In this document: piece after piece, positions 61,170-64,000 of the stretch
Layout: each line of letters starts with the position of its first letter
Numbering within the stretch: the stretch's first letter is position 1
Source of the DNA: an uncultured Verrucomicrobiota bacterium
GTDB taxonomy: Bacteria > Verrucomicrobiota > Kiritimatiellia > CAIKKV01 > CAITUY01
Direction: 5' to 3'
Assembly (NCBI GenBank): GCA_964609375.1
Contig: CAZSSA010000001.1
Location: 7,694-71,693 of the forward strand
Length of the DNA: 64,000 nucleotides
The notes under the pieces: model-generated
What the model was told of the DNA's origin: nothing
The model's database searches: none
What the model saw: the letters and a program-made list of their open reading frames with translations, nothing else
Translations under genes and position numbers: made by a program

Positions 61170-62135
61170 ATGATTCCGGAAGCCCGCATTAAAGCTGAAC
61201 TGAAACGCACCTTGGACTCCACCTCGTTCGAAGGCCTCGGCGAACGACACCAGGGAAAAGTCCGCGAAAGCTACATTCAAGGCGATCGCCGAATCCTGAT
61301 TACCACCGACCGGGTATCGGCATTCGACTGCATCATCGGCACCATTCCCTTCAAGGGGCAGGTCCTTAACCAGCTCGCCGCCTTCTGGTTCGAAAAGACA
61401 AAATCCATCGTCCCAAACCACATCGTCTCCATCCCCGATCCCTGCGTCATGGTTGTCCACGAATGCGAGCAGCTCCCCCTGGAGTTCATCGTCCGTGGTT
61501 ATATCACCGGCGTCACCAAAACCTCCGCCTGGTACAACTACGAACGCGGCGTCCGCCACTTCTGCGGCAACATGCTCGCCGAAGGCCTCCGCAAGGATCA
61601 AAAACTGGACCGGCCCATCCTCACCCCCACCACCAAGCACGAAAAACACGACCGCCCCATCTCTCGCGAGGAAGCCATCAAGGAAGGACTCATCGATGCG
61701 CGAACCTTTGATGACGCCGCGGATATTTGCTTCCATCTGTTCGACGCCGGCGTAAAACACGCCGCCTCACGCGGCTTGATCCTTGTGGATACCAAATATG
61801 AGCTCGGAAAACTCAACGGGAAATTGGTGGTTTCGGACGAAATCCACACCCCCGATTCCTCCCGGTACTGGTTCTCAGACACCTACGAGGAACTATTCGC
61901 CGCCCAAAAGGACCAGCGCAAGATCGACAAGGAATATGTCCGCGAATGGCTCGTTTCCCAAGGCTTCCGTGGCGATGGACAGCCACCCGCCCTGACCGAC
62001 GAAGTTCGCATCGAAGCCGCCAAGCGCTACATCCAAGCCTACGAAACCGTCACCGGCCTGGAATTCAAAATCAGCGACGAGCCCGCCGAGACAAGAATCA
62101 CCAATAACCTCCGCAAAGCCGGCTTATTGGCATAA
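61170..62135 (+). CDS. purC: Phosphoribosylaminoimidazole-succinocarboxamide synthase (SAICAR synthetase, long form)
   Basis: LGERHQGKVRESY, ILITTDRVSAFD and GLILVDTKYELG. Confidence 0.9.
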   Translation: MIPEARIKAELKRTLDSTSFEGLGERHQGKVRESYIQGDRRILITTDRVSAFDCIIGTIPFKGQVLNQLAAFWFEKTKSIVPNHIVSIPDPCVMVVHECEQLPLEFIVRGYITGVTKTSAWYNYERGVRHFCGNMLAEGLRKDQKLDRPILTPTTKHEKHDRPISREEAIKEGLIDARTFDDAADICFHLFDAGVKHAASRGLILVDTKYELGKLNGKLVVSDEIHTPDSSRYWFSDTYEELFAAQKDQRKIDKEYVREWLVSQGFRGDGQPPALTDEVRIEAAKRYIQAYETVTGLEFKISDEPAETRITNNLRKAGLLA

Positions 62136-62254
62136 AACACCAACACTCCCTCTCGTCCTCACATTCCCCGTGATAGGGGCGCTACGCGCCGCGACTCTTC
62201 CCCCCCCCATTAACCCTCAACCATTAACCATTCCCCCCCCCCTCCCCGCCTCCC

Positions 62255-62884
62255 CTACCCCCTCGCCATCAGCCCATCAATAGAGTCCAGACAGATCTGC
62301 GACCACGTCTCCATTCGCTCCCTCATCCCCCGTAACTCATCCAGCGTCCGGAAACCAGACTCCGTAATGACCCCCTCCCGCTTCACCACATTCGGCGTGG
62401 AGGCCCTCAGGATATGAATCACCCCCAGATGAACACGCCCGACCGGCGTCTCGTCATCATTCAGCAACGCCACCACCTTCTGCTGGTAAGCCCCCTCAAT
62501 CTTGACTTCCTCTTCAAGCTCCCTCAATGCCGCCGTGGAATAAACATCCCCAAAGAGATTGATGTCCTCATTATTGATGTGCCCGCCAATCCCCATGGAC
62601 GCCTTGGCCACCAACCGCTCTTCCCCGGACTTCTTCCCGCGCACATAGCACCAGATCTTGTGGTCATGACAGATCAGGAAGTAAGGAATCAACTGCTTGA
62701 GCGATTCATCATTTTCCGCCTTATGCCGCGGCACAAACCGGTAATGGCGGGGATTCAGCAATTCCGCCAGATAGCGGTCCGCATCCAGCTTCAATCCCTG
62801 AAACATACCCAGCCGCTCGACCAGCGAGCGCTCCACCACCAAAATTTCTTCATTGTCGTTCTTCATGGTGAGCGATGCTATCAC
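62255..62884 (-). CDS. Hypothetical protein; possible degenerate Nudix-like hydrolase
   Basis: The GGHINNE...RELEEEV segment loosely resembles a Nudix box but breaks the canonical spacing. 209 aa. Confidence 0.45.
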   Translation of the reverse strand: MIASLTMKNDNEEILVVERSLVERLGMFQGLKLDADRYLAELLNPRHYRFVPRHKAENDESLKQLIPYFLICHDHKIWCYVRGKKSGEERLVAKASMGIGGHINNEDINLFGDVYSTAALRELEEEVKIEGAYQQKVVALLNDDETPVGRVHLGVIHILRASTPNVVKREGVITESGFRTLDELRGMRERMETWSQICLDSIDGLMARG

Positions 62885-62982
62885 ACCCGATCCCCGCAGA
62901 ACAACCTCTTCATCTTTGGAGTGCGCGGACTTGACCGCTCTTTTTCACGAACCGGCTTGACGATCCGCCTTACATCCGAACT

Positions 62983-63729
62983 TCAATGCGGATGCGGATG
63001 CCGCAAACTGTGCGGACGCTCCAACCCATGCTTCACCATAAGCGCCTCATCATTCAGGATGTCCGCCGCCGGCCCCTCCGCCACAATCTTCCCGCCATCC
63101 ATCACCATGACGCGCGAACACACCTCCACCACCATCTCCAAATCATGGGTCGCAATGATCTTGGTATGCTGAAACGACTTTAACCACTCGATCAACCGCC
63201 GCCGCCCCCGCGGATCCAGATTCGTCGAGGGCTCATCCATCACCAGCACATCCGGCTCCATCGCCAACACCGTGGCAATGGCCGCCCCGCGCTTCTCCCC
63301 TGCCGACAACTTGTACGGCGGCCGGTGCGCCACATGCTCCATCCCCACTTGCTCCAACGCCACCCGAACACGCCGATCCACCTCATCCACCGGCAATCCC
63401 GCATTCAACGGCCCAAAGGCCACATCCTCGTACACCGTCGGCATGAACAACTGATCGTCCGGATCCTGAAACACCATCCCCACCGCACGCCTGACCGACA
63501 CCGCTGTCTCGCGCGTCAACGGTACATCCCCGATCCGCACTTCCCCGCTGGTCGGCATCAGGTATCCGTTCAGATGCATCAACAGCGTGGACTTTCCCGT
63601 GCCATTCGCCCCGATGATCGCCACCGCCCCCCCATGGGTAATCCGGAACGAAACGCCACGCAAGGCGTCTGTCCCGTCAGGATACGCAAAACAAAGATCA
63701 CGCACTTCCACCACATGATGACTCATCAT
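62983..63729 (-). CDS. ecfA: ECF/cobalt-type ABC transporter ATP-binding protein (EcfA/CbiO)
   Basis: GANGTGKST Walker A, LSAGEKRGAAIA signature, VLVMDEPSTNLD Walker B. Confidence 0.85.
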   Translation of the reverse strand: MMSHHVVEVRDLCFAYPDGTDALRGVSFRITHGGAVAIIGANGTGKSTLLMHLNGYLMPTSGEVRIGDVPLTRETAVSVRRAVGMVFQDPDDQLFMPTVYEDVAFGPLNAGLPVDEVDRRVRVALEQVGMEHVAHRPPYKLSAGEKRGAAIATVLAMEPDVLVMDEPSTNLDPRGRRRLIEWLKSFQHTKIIATHDLEMVVEVCSRVMVMDGGKIVAEGPAADILNDEALMVKHGLERPHSLRHPHPH

Positions 63730-64000
63730 CCACCCCCCACAAATATACGCCCAAGCCAATCAGCCAAATTCAAACACCGCGCCATAACAAAGAAACCCAC
63801 CCACCCCAACAAATATACCGCATCCGTCCATTGGAAAGGCCGCGCCCTCAACACTCGAATCTCCCCGTCAAATCCCCGCGCCAGCATGGCCCGGTAAACC
63901 CGCTGGGCCCGATCCATCGACCGAATCAGCAAATGCCCGATCAGGGAGGCATAGACTCCATAACTCAACGTGCGCCGCTCCCCCGCCCTCATCGCCACCC
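63726..64000 (-). CDS. ecfT: ECF transporter transmembrane T component (CbiQ/EcfT), C-terminal part; 5' end beyond the window
   Basis: RSMDRAQRVYRAMLARGF is the conserved CbiQ C-terminal motif. Overlaps the ecfA start. Confidence 0.7.
   Translation of the reverse strand, partial: VAMRAGERRTLSYGVYASLIGHLLIRSMDRAQRVYRAMLARGFDGEIRVLRARPFQWTDAVYLLGWVGFFVMARCLNLADWLGRIFVGGG

Noticed and set aside
62255-62884. Confident Nudix hydrolase call
   Set aside because: The Gx5E and REx2EE elements are present but separated by 14 rather than 7 residues, and the terminal GU is missing. Kept as hypothetical with a possible Nudix-like fold.
1-64000. CRISPR arrays, insertion sequences, prophage or toxin-antitoxin cassettes
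   Set aside because: No regularly spaced direct repeats, inverted-repeat-bounded transposase genes or phage-like genes were found on either strand.

Overview
The window is mostly a housekeeping backbone. On the minus strand, a co-directional translation/transcription supercluster of about 31.5 kb runs from 49215 to 17746. In transcription order it reads tRNA-Thr, tuf, rpmG, tRNA-Trp, secE, nusG, rplKAJL, rpoBC, rpsLG, fusA, then a fused S10/spc/alpha block rpsJ through rplQ. Other identifiable units are ffh-rpsP-khpA-trmD-rplS-rnhB (1..3334, minus strand), mcsA-mcsB-clpC (3433..7474, minus strand, no ctsR), two further tRNAs (Trp, Arg-CCG), serC, nrdR, purC, a Tat-signal amidase and a partial ECF transporter at the right edge. 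There is no rpmD, no infA and no second tuf copy. S14 is the short zinc-type form, and L24 carries a C-terminal Cys4 ribbon. Three regions look non-routine. First, a 173-aa signal-anchored coiled-coil ORF (29791..30312) sits precisely between rpsS and rplV inside the S10 operon. Second, a minus-strand one-carbon/folate operon (9286..16202) encodes a stand-alone homocysteine S-methyltransferase domain, a stand-alone pterin-binding domain with an insertion, Fhs, an MetF-like protein, FolD and a PurH that has only the AICAR-transformylase domain. This is a split MetH-like system with no cobalamin-binding or reactivation domain in view, and a PocR-AraC regulator is divergently adjacent. Third, two secreted proteins share a ~100-aa C-terminal module ending FYR[IV]xV, preceded by DxDxDGM calcium-binding-like motifs: a 1716-aa membrane-anchored S8 subtilase (51186..56336) and a 476-aa protein (7781..9208). 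This module may be an undescribed C-terminal sorting domain. No CRISPR array, transposase or integrase was seen. The six-frame track allows TTG/GTG starts, and several starts were refined from protein N-terminal conservation and Shine-Dalgarno placement.
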